A DNA stretch of 64,000 bases from an uncultured Candidatus Saccharibacteria bacterium (GTDB lineage: Bacteria; Patescibacteriota; WWE3; UBA101185; UBA10185), in NCBI GenBank assembly GCA_964387275.1, contig CAYLVW010000001.1:5514-69513 (forward strand). The letters are read 5' to 3'. A program made the position numbers and the translations under genes. The notes beneath the pieces were generated by a model. It searched no databases. It saw only the letters and a list, made by a program, of their open reading frames with translations, and was not told where the DNA came from. Positions 38,527 through 47,898 of the stretch are shown in pieces; the first letter of the stretch is position 1, and the number at the start of each line of letters is the position of its first letter.

Positions 38527-39777
38527 ATGTCCAAATATATTAGTGGTGGTTTTGAAGGCTTTTTAACCAATGAAACCCCGTATCAATTCATAGAGCAGCC
38601 AAAACGGGAAGTATTGTATCTTACATCTGATTTTTTAACCTCTATAAATCGTAACCACCACTTCAAAGTTTCCTCGGAGGGCGTATCAGGGCATTTAGAA
38701 GCAGCTTTGGAGAATGGTAATTTGAGTGATTTGGTAACTGCTACCACACAGTTAGTAAATAAAGTATTAGAGGAATCTCTAACCGGTGATCCGATCACAT
38801 CGTTAGTATTTCTTGATAAATCGGCTAGAAATGGAGCATTTCTTTTTTACACTATGTGGGATGGTTTACAGCAGCGGGGAGAAATACCCCAAGGAGTCGC
38901 TCGTCCAGATATAAGATATATGAACGTTGGGAGATTTCATGATGAGAAGCATTCTTCTCAAGGACCCGTTGCCCTATTTAAAGATCAGTTTACCTTAATT
39001 CCCGAGGGAATGTCTCCCCATGTGTTAGTGGTAGATGAGTATATAGAATCTGGTGGTACTGCACGACGAGCACAGAAATTGTTGATGGATGCTTTTGGTA
39101 TCAAAGCTGACGCTATTTCCATGTTTTCTACTGTACCTATATGGTATGGTACTTCCGATATCGGGTTGTTGGGGGTTAAAGATCCTAAACATGAAGATTT
39201 CTGGAGCACAACGGAACTGGGGAAGTCGTTAAGTGGGTTACCTGCAAAGACATTATTGTCAGCTAAGCATATATTGGACAGATTCGATGGTACTGGGTTT
39301 GAGGAGATTTTTGGAACAGTCTACATAAAGGATAAGGTAGAAAGGAGCAGTGTCGATGATATTCGCAAGGCTTTAGAAGACAAGGGTTTAGACGTAGCTG
39401 TAGAAGACATTTTAGAGCTTCTGTCTATAGCACACACTGAGGGTATGGGAATAGTTAATATATATGAATTAGTTCAGTATTTAGAATCAGCTGGTGGTTA
39501 CTTTGCTGTTCCTACCAGTAGCGAATATGATAGGCAAAATTTTATTGCCTACAGGACAATTTTAAAAAGTATCATTCAGTCCTATTTGATTTTTAGAGAT
39601 ATTGATAGAGCTGATCCCGAAAGAACTACTGTATTGAGTGATAGTTATTCGAAATCTAGGCAAGGAAGCGTGTATCAGTCCACTAGGGATAGGGAGGATG
39701 ACACGAGACCTAGTGGGTATATATCGCAAGATAATAGTAATGCTTTAGAATATCATAAATCCAAAATGCACCCTTAG
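38527..39777 (+). CDS. Phosphoribosyltransferase-like hypothetical protein
   Basis: VLVVDEYIESGGTA (PRPP-binding loop); LVFLDKSAR. Confidence 0.65.
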   Translation: MSKYISGGFEGFLTNETPYQFIEQPKREVLYLTSDFLTSINRNHHFKVSSEGVSGHLEAALENGNLSDLVTATTQLVNKVLEESLTGDPITSLVFLDKSARNGAFLFYTMWDGLQQRGEIPQGVARPDIRYMNVGRFHDEKHSSQGPVALFKDQFTLIPEGMSPHVLVVDEYIESGGTARRAQKLLMDAFGIKADAISMFSTVPIWYGTSDIGLLGVKDPKHEDFWSTTELGKSLSGLPAKTLLSAKHILDRFDGTGFEEIFGTVYIKDKVERSSVDDIRKALEDKGLDVAVEDILELLSIAHTEGMGIVNIYELVQYLESAGGYFAVPTSSEYDRQNFIAYRTILKSIIQSYLIFRDIDRADPERTTVLSDSYSKSRQGSVYQSTRDREDDTRPSGYISQDNSNALEYHKSKMHP

Positions 39778-39839
39778 AATTGATTTTACACTTGAACATC
39801 CTATGAGCAACATGCTATAAAAACTCCACAGGAGAAACA

Positions 39840-40043
39840 ATGAGGCAAATCATCTACGATGGTAGGTATCCTACTAACATTTCTTCCCTTACATTCAAAA
39901 AATGGCTTGCCGAAACTCTAAATGTTAACCCAGAATCCCTTGGTCAATACCAAATACTTGGGTTAGATAACAACCAGATCAAAGGTACCTTGTATCCTGG
40001 TTCAACTGTTTTTATTAAGGGTGGCGCAAAGGAAGAAGATTAA
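39840..40043 (+). CDS. Small hypothetical protein, possible beta-grasp fold
   Basis: SD AGGAG, upstream -10, downstream hairpin 40058-40087; 67 aa. Confidence 0.65.
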   Translation: MRQIIYDGRYPTNISSLTFKKWLAETLNVNPESLGQYQILGLDNNQIKGTLYPGSTVFIKGGAKEED

Positions 40044-40087
40044 GTACTGTCTCGAAGGCTCAGAAATTAGTAAAATATTTTCTGAGC

Positions 40088-40537
40088 TTATTTTTTGGGT
40101 TCATTATGGCTCACGGCTTCAGGACTCTTCTTGTTAAAGTGGGGAATCATAGGTATTAGTGTTATAGCTAGAGTTGCAATAATACCTATTGTATGGAAAT
40201 TAAATCCGTAAGCCATTCCTATTGCGCCTGCAGCCCACACATTAGCTGCTGTTGTGAGATTTCGTACGTTTACCCCTTCTTTAATAATTAGACCTGCTCC
40301 AAGAAATCCGATACCGGATACTATTTGTGCTGCTATTCGTGATTCAGAGGCTGGATCTACCATAGAGGACATAAATGTATAAAGCATCGCTCCGGTTATA
40401 ACAAGGGTATGGGTACTTATTCCAGCATCTTTGCCCCTAGATTCTCTTTCAGCTCCTATGATGGTTCCTGATATAAGACTTAATATAAGGTCAATAATTA
40501 GATTTGTTTCATTTTGTCCTATTATTTGATTAATCAT
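40088..40537 (-). CDS. MgtC/SapB family protein
   Basis: IGAERE...AGISTH, RIAAQIVSGIGFLGAG, LTTAA. Confidence 0.93.
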   Translation of the reverse strand: MINQIIGQNETNLIIDLILSLISGTIIGAERESRGKDAGISTHTLVITGAMLYTFMSSMVDPASESRIAAQIVSGIGFLGAGLIIKEGVNVRNLTTAANVWAAGAIGMAYGFNFHTIGIIATLAITLIPMIPHFNKKSPEAVSHNEPKK

Positions 40538-40594
40538 TTTCTGATTTTATCAGAAAGGTGTTTTTGTTTTGAAGGTATTTTGTATAATTATTTA

Positions 40595-41152
40595 ATGACA
40601 CTTCTTGTTTTCCTCAGCTTTGTTTCGTTTTTTGGGTATATTTTTACAAATAGAAGAAAGTCTAGGTATTCTTTTAAAACCTTTTTAGATAGTTACATAA
40701 ATGTGATGCCGGTTTTTGTTATTCCCTATGTGCTTTTATATCCGTTAGTGGTTTATTCGTACCTATCTCTTAGTGGTATTACACTTGATTTGTATTTAAT
40801 TGCAATTTTTCTAGCTAATATTATTGCTACAGTTTTTTGGTATTTGTTTCCAAATGGGGTGGTAAGAGGTAGGTTAAATGGTAGTTCTATTTTTTCGAGA
40901 GTAATTAACTACATTTATAGTGTGGATGGTGATACTAATGGTTTTCCTTCGGGGCATGTTTTTTTAAGCGTAATTTCTTGCTACTTTTTGTATGCGTCCT
41001 CAAATAATTTGTTATATATAGTTTTGGCTTTACTTATTTCTGTATCAACAGTTTTTACAAAGCAACATTATGTGGTGGATATTATTGGAGGACTAGTAGT
41101 AGCTGGTATTTCTATTGCAGGTTCAGGAATACTTATGAGCCATTTTAGTTAG
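40595..41152 (+). CDS. PAP2 family phosphatase
   Basis: FPSGHV and STVFTKQHYVVD motifs; likely start 40595 after TATAAT. Confidence 0.88.
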   Translation: MTLLVFLSFVSFFGYIFTNRRKSRYSFKTFLDSYINVMPVFVIPYVLLYPLVVYSYLSLSGITLDLYLIAIFLANIIATVFWYLFPNGVVRGRLNGSSIFSRVINYIYSVDGDTNGFPSGHVFLSVISCYFLYASSNNLLYIVLALLISVSTVFTKQHYVVDIIGGLVVAGISIAGSGILMSHFS

Positions 41153-41463
41153 TTAGGTCTGTACTTTTTTCCCCATTCAACCATGTCTACAAGTATTGGA
41201 TAGAGGTCTTTACCCATTTTTGTCAGGGTGTACGTTATGTTTCGTGTGTTATTAGTTTTTTTTATTAGAACTCCATTTTTTACCAACGAAGAAAGTCTAT
41301 GAGAAAGAGATCTTGGGCTAATACCAGTAACTTCATGGGCTATTTCGGTGTAGTGTTTTTCGCCATTTATTAGAGCCACAAGTATTTTTGGAGTCCATCT
41401 ATCTCCTAATACTTTTGTTGCAGCAGCTACACAAAATGACTGGTTGTTAGTAATTACATTCAT
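41149..41463 (-). CDS. HxlR family winged-helix regulator
   Basis: FCVAAATKVLGDRWT, GISPRSLSHRL, YTLTKMG. Confidence 0.9.
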   Translation of the reverse strand: MNVITNNQSFCVAAATKVLGDRWTPKILVALINGEKHYTEIAHEVTGISPRSLSHRLSSLVKNGVLIKKTNNTRNITYTLTKMGKDLYPILVDMVEWGKKYRPN

Positions 41464-41468
41464 AGTTA

Positions 41469-41498
41469 TTGACAGTGGTTTGCTATACAAAGTATAGT
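41469..41498 (+). promoter_or_regulatory. Promoter with palindromic operator between hxlR and the flavinylation operon
   Basis: TTGACA-18 nt-TATAGT overlapping ctatac-aaa-gtatag. Confidence 0.55.
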
Positions 41499-41534
41499 TT
41501 ATCATATAGTTAGTTATAAATTTAAAGGAGTTAC

Positions 41535-42014
41535 ATGGATCAACAAAATACTAATAATAAGAACATGGTGTTAACAGTTGCAGGACTTGTTGCGCTAGGT
41601 GCTGCAGGAGTTATTTATTTTAAATATTTTAACGCACCTACAGTTACTACACAGGAGGTAGTGGGACAACAAGTTGTTACTAATTCAACTCCAACAATGA
41701 CATCAAAAACATCCCAGTATAAAAACGGTAAGTATATGGTAGTTGGTGACTATGTGTCACCCGGCGGTCCTGAGCAAATTGATGTTTCACTAACTCTTGA
41801 AAATGGAACGGTTAAGGAAGTTATGGTTACTCCAAAAGCAACTTTACCTGGATCACTTAATTTTCAACAGAAATTCGCTGAGGGCATCAGCGGTGTTGTA
41901 GTTGGTAAGAGTCTTGGTGAGTTAAATGTTGATAAAGTATCAGGATCTTCTTTAACTCCTAAAGGATTTAATGACGCAGTTGAGAAAATTAAGAGCCAAG
42001 CCTTACAATCATAA
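41535..42014 (+). CDS. Membrane-anchored FMN-binding domain protein
   Basis: YKNGKY..GDY.SPGG, DKVSGSSLT (flavinylation motif), GFNDAVEKI. Confidence 0.85.
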   Translation: MDQQNTNNKNMVLTVAGLVALGAAGVIYFKYFNAPTVTTQEVVGQQVVTNSTPTMTSKTSQYKNGKYMVVGDYVSPGGPEQIDVSLTLENGTVKEVMVTPKATLPGSLNFQQKFAEGISGVVVGKSLGELNVDKVSGSSLTPKGFNDAVEKIKSQALQS

Positions 42015-42016
42015 TA

Positions 42017-42871
42017 ATGGAGAACTTCAGTTTTGATGCAATCGGTACAAGGTGGGAGGTTTCACTCCCACCTTTTAGATCTTCTGAAACCTTGATGAAT
42101 AATATCAGGCAACGTATAGAGGATTTTGAATCTACATATTCAAGGTTTAGGGACGGGTCACTACTATCAAAAATTGCTGTATCACATGAAACAATGGAAT
42201 TGCCCAAAGATGCAAAAGAGCTATTTGATATTTATAAGAAATTTACCAAGTTAACCCTTGGATCCTTTACTCCTTTTATTGGTAAAACTTTAGTAGAAGC
42301 AGGGTACGATAGAGATTATTCTTTTGAGAAAAAAATAATTACTAAGCAACTTGTTTGGGATGAGGTTTTTGAATATGATTTCCCGAAATTGGTTGTTAAA
42401 AAACCTGTTCAATTAGATTTTGGGGCGGCTGGTAAGGGGTATATCATGGATATAGTTTCTAAAATGATAGTGGATTTTGGTATAAAAGATTTTGTGGTTG
42501 ATGCTGGTCACGATTTGCTATGTGGCAGCAATGTGGTTAAAGTAGGGCTTGAACATCCTAATGATTCTACTAAAGCAATTGGTGTTGCCAAAATATCCAA
42601 TTCTTCTATTTGTGGTTCTTCTGGAAACAGAAGGAATTGGGGAGAATTTCATCATATTATAAATGGCAATACACTATCTTCCCCAAAAGATATTTTAGCT
42701 ACTTGGGTTATAGCTAAAAATGCAATTGTTGCCGACGCTATTTCAACTGCGCTTTTTTTTGTTAAACCTGAGGTTTTTCAAAAAGATTATTTTTTTGAGT
42801 ATTTAATTTTAAAGTCGAACTCTAGTATAGAAAAATCTGCTAATTTTCCAGGAGAGATATTTTATGCTTAA
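42017..42871 (+). CDS. apbE: FAD:protein FMN transferase
   Basis: AIGT, YSRFRDGS, DFGAAGKGY, SSGNRR, HHIIN, ADAISTA. Confidence 0.9.
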   Translation: MENFSFDAIGTRWEVSLPPFRSSETLMNNIRQRIEDFESTYSRFRDGSLLSKIAVSHETMELPKDAKELFDIYKKFTKLTLGSFTPFIGKTLVEAGYDRDYSFEKKIITKQLVWDEVFEYDFPKLVVKKPVQLDFGAAGKGYIMDIVSKMIVDFGIKDFVVDAGHDLLCGSNVVKVGLEHPNDSTKAIGVAKISNSSICGSSGNRRNWGEFHHIINGNTLSSPKDILATWVIAKNAIVADAISTALFFVKPEVFQKDYFFEYLILKSNSSIEKSANFPGEIFYA

Positions 42872-44336
42872 TAAAGTACAGAAATTAATTGATTCCACAA
42901 ATATGTATAGAGTAGTTTTGTATGGGCTAATTATATTAGCAACCTATTCCTTGTTACTTTCTATTTTTGGAAAGACCAGTTTTACTTTTGAGTCTGGGAT
43001 TGTTAGTTTGATTACCTTAGTTGTGACCGGACATTTATTTAATAATCTTGTCGGGGGGATTTACAAAGTCCACATTCATAAAGACTCCCAGATTATAACA
43101 TCGCTTATTTTGTATTTGTTATTTACTCCAACAAGCAAACCTTCCGAATTGCTATTACTTATATTTGTGAGTTTGATGGGTGTTCTATCCAAGTATATTT
43201 TAACTATCAATAAAACACATGTATTTAACCCCGCAGCTATAGCTGCATTTTTTGGTATGTTGTTTTTTAACTATTCTGCAATGTGGTGGGTAGGTAGTAG
43301 CTATATGTTTCCCCTAGTGTTGATATTTGCTTTAGTAGTACTTAGGAAACAACGAAAGTTTATTGTTTCTAGTGTTTTTCTGATAGTTAGTTACATAGCC
43401 CTTTATTCAAACTATGGAAAATATTACCCAAATTTTATTAATTTTATTTATGAAACCACCCTGAATTGGCCGTTGCTGTTTTTTGTATCTGTTATGGTCA
43501 CAGAGCCGTTTACACTTCCAAAGAAGAAAGTCCAAGAGTACATATACTTTGCCGTTATTTCTATCATTACCTGTACTCCATTTCATTTTTCTAAAATTGG
43601 AACAACTCCAGAACTTGCGTTATTGATTGGAAATATAGGAAGTTTTCTTGCAGCCCCTAGATTTAGATACTATTTACAACTTATTGAAAAGAAAATGATA
43701 GCAGATGGGGCATTTGAGTTTATTTTTAAATCTGATAAAAAAGTAAAATTTGAAGCAGGGCAGTATATGGAAGTAATGCTTCCTCACGAAAAACCCGACA
43801 ATCGTGGGGTTAGAAGATTTTTTACTGTTTCTTCCTCTCCGACTTCTGATAATGTCAGTTTTGGGGTTAAAGTTTTTGATAAAGGAAGTACCTTTAAAAA
43901 TTTACTAACTAAGAGAGACGATTTAGTAATATATGCACAGCAGTTAAGGGGCGACTTTGTTATTACTGATTTGAGTAAGAAGTATATTTTTATAGCCGGT
44001 GGGATTGGTATTACCCCATTTATCAGTATGATACGTCATTTTTCAGATACTAAGTCCGTAGTGGATGCACATCTGTGTTACTTATGTACAAAAGAGGAAG
44101 ACATAGCTTACCGCAAAGAGATAGACAGTGCTGCAATTAAGCTTGGGATAAAAGTACATTACTTAATAGGAACTGCACTTGATGAGAATTTTTTAAAGAA
44201 TAATATTTCTGATTTTGTGCTTCGTACTGTTTATATATCTGGGCCTAATGGGATGGTTGATTATTACACAAGGAGGTTGGTAGATTTTGGTTTGAAAAAG
44301 ACCCAAATTAAAAGAGACTTTTTCAATGGATACTGA
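42864..44336 (+). CDS. NqrB/RnfD-like membrane domain fused to FAD/NAD(P)-binding FNR-type oxidoreductase
   Basis: HVFNPAA, MVTEPFT; GQY, RFFTVSS, AGGIGITPF, YISGP. Confidence 0.85.
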   Translation: MLNKVQKLIDSTNMYRVVLYGLIILATYSLLLSIFGKTSFTFESGIVSLITLVVTGHLFNNLVGGIYKVHIHKDSQIITSLILYLLFTPTSKPSELLLLIFVSLMGVLSKYILTINKTHVFNPAAIAAFFGMLFFNYSAMWWVGSSYMFPLVLIFALVVLRKQRKFIVSSVFLIVSYIALYSNYGKYYPNFINFIYETTLNWPLLFFVSVMVTEPFTLPKKKVQEYIYFAVISIITCTPFHFSKIGTTPELALLIGNIGSFLAAPRFRYYLQLIEKKMIADGAFEFIFKSDKKVKFEAGQYMEVMLPHEKPDNRGVRRFFTVSSSPTSDNVSFGVKVFDKGSTFKNLLTKRDDLVIYAQQLRGDFVITDLSKKYIFIAGGIGITPFISMIRHFSDTKSVVDAHLCYLCTKEEDIAYRKEIDSAAIKLGIKVHYLIGTALDENFLKNNISDFVLRTVYISGPNGMVDYYTRRLVDFGLKKTQIKRDFFNGY

Positions 44337-44344
44337 TAAAAAGT

Positions 44345-44387
44345 CCCCTTTGCACTGATTGGTGTTTAAACCAGGGGTGCAAAGGGG
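44345..44387. terminator. Bidirectional terminator-like hairpin
   Basis: cccctttgcac...gtgcaaagggg between convergent genes. Confidence 0.7.
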
Positions 44388-44454
44388 TTTAGGTTTTTAG
44401 TTCGTGAAGTGCTTACAATTTTCTAGTATAAGCCGCGCGCTTTAATGTTAGGTC

Positions 44455-45051
44455 TTACTTCTTAAGCTTTTTTCGTGGCGTAGTTTCCATAAAGCTAAAT
44501 GGAGGACCAACACTCTCAGTAAGCGCAGAAGCAGCTGTGAGAGCGTATTTAGCTTGGACGCTAGGCTTGACTTGCAAAGCATTCATTGCGTGAAATGCTC
44601 CAAGAGCAAAATACATGCCTGAACCAACAGAAAAGAAATCACCTGTAATTGGCGTGACACAAAAGTCATTTCCAATCAGACAGACCTCATCTGCAAACGC
44701 AATAAGAATTTGTCCATCCAAATTAGGTACACCCTTATCCGTTTCCAACATCTCATAGCTTCGGGCCGTTCGCTTAAGACTTGGGATAATATATTCAAGA
44801 ACTGTATCCTCGAGATTGAGGGCGCGTCGTGGCCCCAACCTTCCAAAGGGAATATGGATTTTAGAAGTGTAGTGCCTAATCTTACCTGCACCTGTATGAC
44901 CGATCAGAAAGTGATCATTAAACCTAAAAATTTTACCCCTATCATCTGGGAGAGTCGTAGTGATAAAACCGCCATTTAGGCTACGTCTACTATCAGCCCC
45001 AAGAATAACTGTACCGCGATGCTTATTTCGGACAGCGACAATACACGTCAT
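44455..45051 (-). CDS. HslV/proteasome-beta-like Ntn peptidase
   Basis: N-terminal M-T-C-I-V-A, LGADSR, GKIF, SVGSG. Confidence 0.8.
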   Translation of the reverse strand: MTCIVAVRNKHRGTVILGADSRRSLNGGFITTTLPDDRGKIFRFNDHFLIGHTGAGKIRHYTSKIHIPFGRLGPRRALNLEDTVLEYIIPSLKRTARSYEMLETDKGVPNLDGQILIAFADEVCLIGNDFCVTPITGDFFSVGSGMYFALGAFHAMNALQVKPSVQAKYALTAASALTESVGPPFSFMETTPRKKLKK

Positions 45052-45189
45052 GTATCGCTCCTTTTTTGATCTCAGGTATTTTGTCTTTACTTAAGCAAAA
45101 AGTCAAGTTTTATTCTTACGATCAGTTTATATATAGACACATACATATGCTAATATGATTAGTACATTAGTTATTTTGGAGACATAAAT

Positions 45190-45621
45190 ATGCCAAGATT
45201 CTATAGTTATTTGAATTTTAATGGTACTACCGAAGAAGCATTTAATTTTTATAAATCTGTTTTTGGTGGGGAATTTTCCGAGGTACACAGGTTTAGTGAA
45301 ACTCCTGATGCCCAAAATTTAAGTGAAGATATTAGGAATAAGTTAATGCATATCTCACTCCCACTGCCTGGTGGTTCAATATTGATGGCAACAGATGCTT
45401 TAGAGGCTATGGGGCAGCATTTGGTTGTTGGAAACAATGTATCAATTAGTATAGATGCTGATTCTTTAGCACAAGCTCAAGAGTACTTTGGTAAGTTGTC
45501 AGTTGGCGGGAAGATTGAGATGCCTTTTGAAAAGGCTTTTTGGGGTGCTTTTTTCGGATCTTTAGTTGATAGGTTTGGTATTCAGTGGATGATTAATTTT
45601 GATGAGGGTTTGAGTAAATAG
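45190..45621 (+). CDS. VOC/PhnB family protein
   Basis: YLNFNG..EEAFNFY, LMH, FWGAFFGSLVDRFGIQW. Confidence 0.92.
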   Translation: MPRFYSYLNFNGTTEEAFNFYKSVFGGEFSEVHRFSETPDAQNLSEDIRNKLMHISLPLPGGSILMATDALEAMGQHLVVGNNVSISIDADSLAQAQEYFGKLSVGGKIEMPFEKAFWGAFFGSLVDRFGIQWMINFDEGLSK

Positions 45622-45656
45622 ATTTTTTACTAGTTTTGTGTTTTTTGTAGGGTTAG

Positions 45657-45688
45657 GGCGCGGGTTTTTAGTAATAAAAACCCGCGCC
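45657..45688. terminator. GC-rich perfect palindrome between convergent genes
   Basis: ggcgcgggttttta-gtaa-taaaaacccgcgcc. Confidence 0.65.
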
Positions 45689-45710
45689 TCATGCGCCAAA
45701 AACTTAAAAC

Positions 45711-46772
45711 TTAATCATTATTAGGTAGTTCAATCAACCTCATCTGATCTCCTGTATCCATCTCCTCACTAACTTTCTTCGCTTTAACTCGCTGCGCTAT
45801 CAGTTTTAATCGACGTTGGGCTGATTTGATAACTCTAATACCAGTTTCTACCGGATTTGTACCATCTGTCAGAACATCATTTTCACCTTTATAGAAGGCT
45901 AACGGTCTGCTAGGTCTTGTGGCACCACACGCATCAAAGTAATCACACCATCTGCAATGTTTTCCGGGAGATTTTGGAAAACTCTCAGCATTTAGATTAT
46001 CTGCTATATGTCTTACTTGGTTGTAGAGGGTTTCGAAGTCATCTATGGTTCTATAGCTAAACACCCACTTTTTACTTCTAAGGTGATACCAAAAAAACCC
46101 AATCGGCATTTTACCTTTCCATTTCCAATACAACCAATGGTACATATTGACTTGGATATCTTCATGAAGTTCAAATTGTTGAGCAGCCCAGTCAAGTTCA
46201 TTACTGCCAAACAGATAAGCGAAACTCTCCTTATTGGTTTTAAGATCTACAATTACTGCAAGATCGTGTCCATTTTTTAGTCCGCCCTCAACTATGAGAT
46301 CTGGTCTAAATCTTTTAACAAAATCAAGATCAACACTTCTTATTTGGTCGAATATCCCAAGTAGGCTAATACTTCCGTCTAGTGGAAATTGCACTCGTTC
46401 TTCAATATATACAGGATCTGGCTTTGAGTAGTTTTGATTCCAGTAATTCATGATACAGATCCACCCAGTTAGTCCATATTCTTTTTGCTTTTTCTCGTCG
46501 GTAAATCTTAATTTTCTTTTTTCCTGATCACATACAACATTCCATCTATAAAACCAGGCTCCTCCAGCGGATTTAATATCTTTGTATTTAAACCTCTTAT
46601 CTGAACCCTTTCTTACGTCATATAGACTTGCAATAAATGAATGTACACAAACTCCAAGAAGTCTTGCGTAGTCAGTGCCTTTTGGTAACCCAGACTCGTA
46701 GTTAAACCAATAAAACTGAGGGCATTTCAGATACCCACCCATTCTTGTTTTGCTAAGAACGAGTCTTGACAT
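45711..46772 (-). CDS. PD-(D/E)XK nuclease, RecB/AddB/Cas4-like with Fe-S staple cysteines
   Basis: LSKTR..YLKCP, GVCVH, GIFDQI, IVDLKT, QVNMY, HCRWCDYFDAC. Confidence 0.85.
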   Translation of the reverse strand: MSRLVLSKTRMGGYLKCPQFYWFNYESGLPKGTDYARLLGVCVHSFIASLYDVRKGSDKRFKYKDIKSAGGAWFYRWNVVCDQEKRKLRFTDEKKQKEYGLTGWICIMNYWNQNYSKPDPVYIEERVQFPLDGSISLLGIFDQIRSVDLDFVKRFRPDLIVEGGLKNGHDLAVIVDLKTNKESFAYLFGSNELDWAAQQFELHEDIQVNMYHWLYWKWKGKMPIGFFWYHLRSKKWVFSYRTIDDFETLYNQVRHIADNLNAESFPKSPGKHCRWCDYFDACGATRPSRPLAFYKGENDVLTDGTNPVETGIRVIKSAQRRLKLIAQRVKAKKVSEEMDTGDQMRLIELPNND

Positions 46773-46827
46773 TTTATCTCCTCTTTCTTGGTGTATTTAT
46801 AGCCTAATGGTTGGTATTGTTCAACTA

Positions 46828-47598
46828 CTATTCTATGTAGGTACTTGCATTGAAATCTTTATCAATTAGTGGGTATTGTGATTGTCTTTTGGGTTTTTGG
46901 ACTAATGCTTTAGCAAAATTTAGCAGTTTAGTTACTCTGGTGGTTTCCGGAAGATTTCCTTCACTGCTAATTAGACGCCCATTTCTATATATTATCCTAG
47001 CTTCTCTAGTAATATCTGGATTTGGTATTTGCACCTCAAACTGTGTTCCCAAATCTGCATCTGGGATGAAGTAGATTTCTGTTCTTGGTACATCGCAAAC
47101 AACAATATCTTGTCCATTTGCAAATATTTTCGCAACTTGAGGATCTGGCGACCAAAAAGAGTTACCGATGTTTCGTTCAGGTGTCCACTCCCTTTCCACA
47201 CCTCTAAACAATCTTACTTGGCCTTCAGGTGGGTATTCTGGTAAACCAGCGTATATAGATGCTACATATAGAGCAACATTTGCGGCCATACTTAGCTCGT
47301 GTGCTTTTGCCTCAGCAAGTGTTGCTTCTTCACATAGCTTAATTAATGTTGCTTCTTTCATGCTAGGGTCAAATCCTGCATGGACAAAGCGAGCTCTTGC
47401 AGTTGCTTCCTGTCTTCTTGCACTAATTAACTCTTTTGATATTACTTCAAAAACTTTTTCTACACTGCCCTCACTTAACATAGTTTCTAATCTCTCTCTA
47501 TCTGGAATGGGGTTAAACAAAGAATAGTCACCCTCTGCGGCATTAACTGTAGGATTTTTTTCATCAGGACCAAGGCTGTTTATAGAGTTTATTACCAC
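46828..47598 (-). CDS. Hypothetical protein with ADP-ribosyltransferase-like motifs
   Basis: LFRG...SFWS.DPQVAKIF...QFEV. Confidence 0.55.
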   Translation of the reverse strand: MVINSINSLGPDEKNPTVNAAEGDYSLFNPIPDRERLETMLSEGSVEKVFEVISKELISARRQEATARARFVHAGFDPSMKEATLIKLCEEATLAEAKAHELSMAANVALYVASIYAGLPEYPPEGQVRLFRGVEREWTPERNIGNSFWSPDPQVAKIFANGQDIVVCDVPRTEIYFIPDADLGTQFEVQIPNPDITREARIIYRNGRLISSEGNLPETTRVTKLLNFAKALVQKPKRQSQYPLIDKDFNASTYIE

Positions 47599-47661
47599 AT
47601 ATTAATACTATCACATTGTATTAACTCTTAAGGGTTTCTAGTTTGTTGTACTGGTGAATTG

Positions 47662-47868
47662 TTAGAGTTTTATACCCCAAGCCTTCATAGCAGAGGAAGC
47701 TTCTTTTTTGGATAGTATTTTAACTACAATGCCCATTTGTATCATCACAATGTCTCCAATTTTAATAGGATCATTTCCGACAAGAACTTTGCGCTTTTCT
47801 TCTGGGTATTGAACTATAGCGCTATGGCCGTTTATTTCTACTATTTTTCCGGGAATTGCTAGACACAT
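47662..47868 (-). CDS. hypC: HypC/HupF-family hydrogenase chaperone
   Basis: MCLAIPGKIVEI...IGDIVMIQMG. Confidence 0.85.
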   Translation of the reverse strand: MCLAIPGKIVEINGHSAIVQYPEEKRKVLVGNDPIKIGDIVMIQMGIVVKILSKKEASSAMKAWGIKL

Positions 47869-47898
47869 ATTATGCTATGATTATATTGTATTAACGCT

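Noticed and set aside
44455-47598. Prophage or CRISPR adaptation module
   Set aside because: No structural, terminase, integrase, cas1/cas2 or array sequences; host-type genes are interspersed
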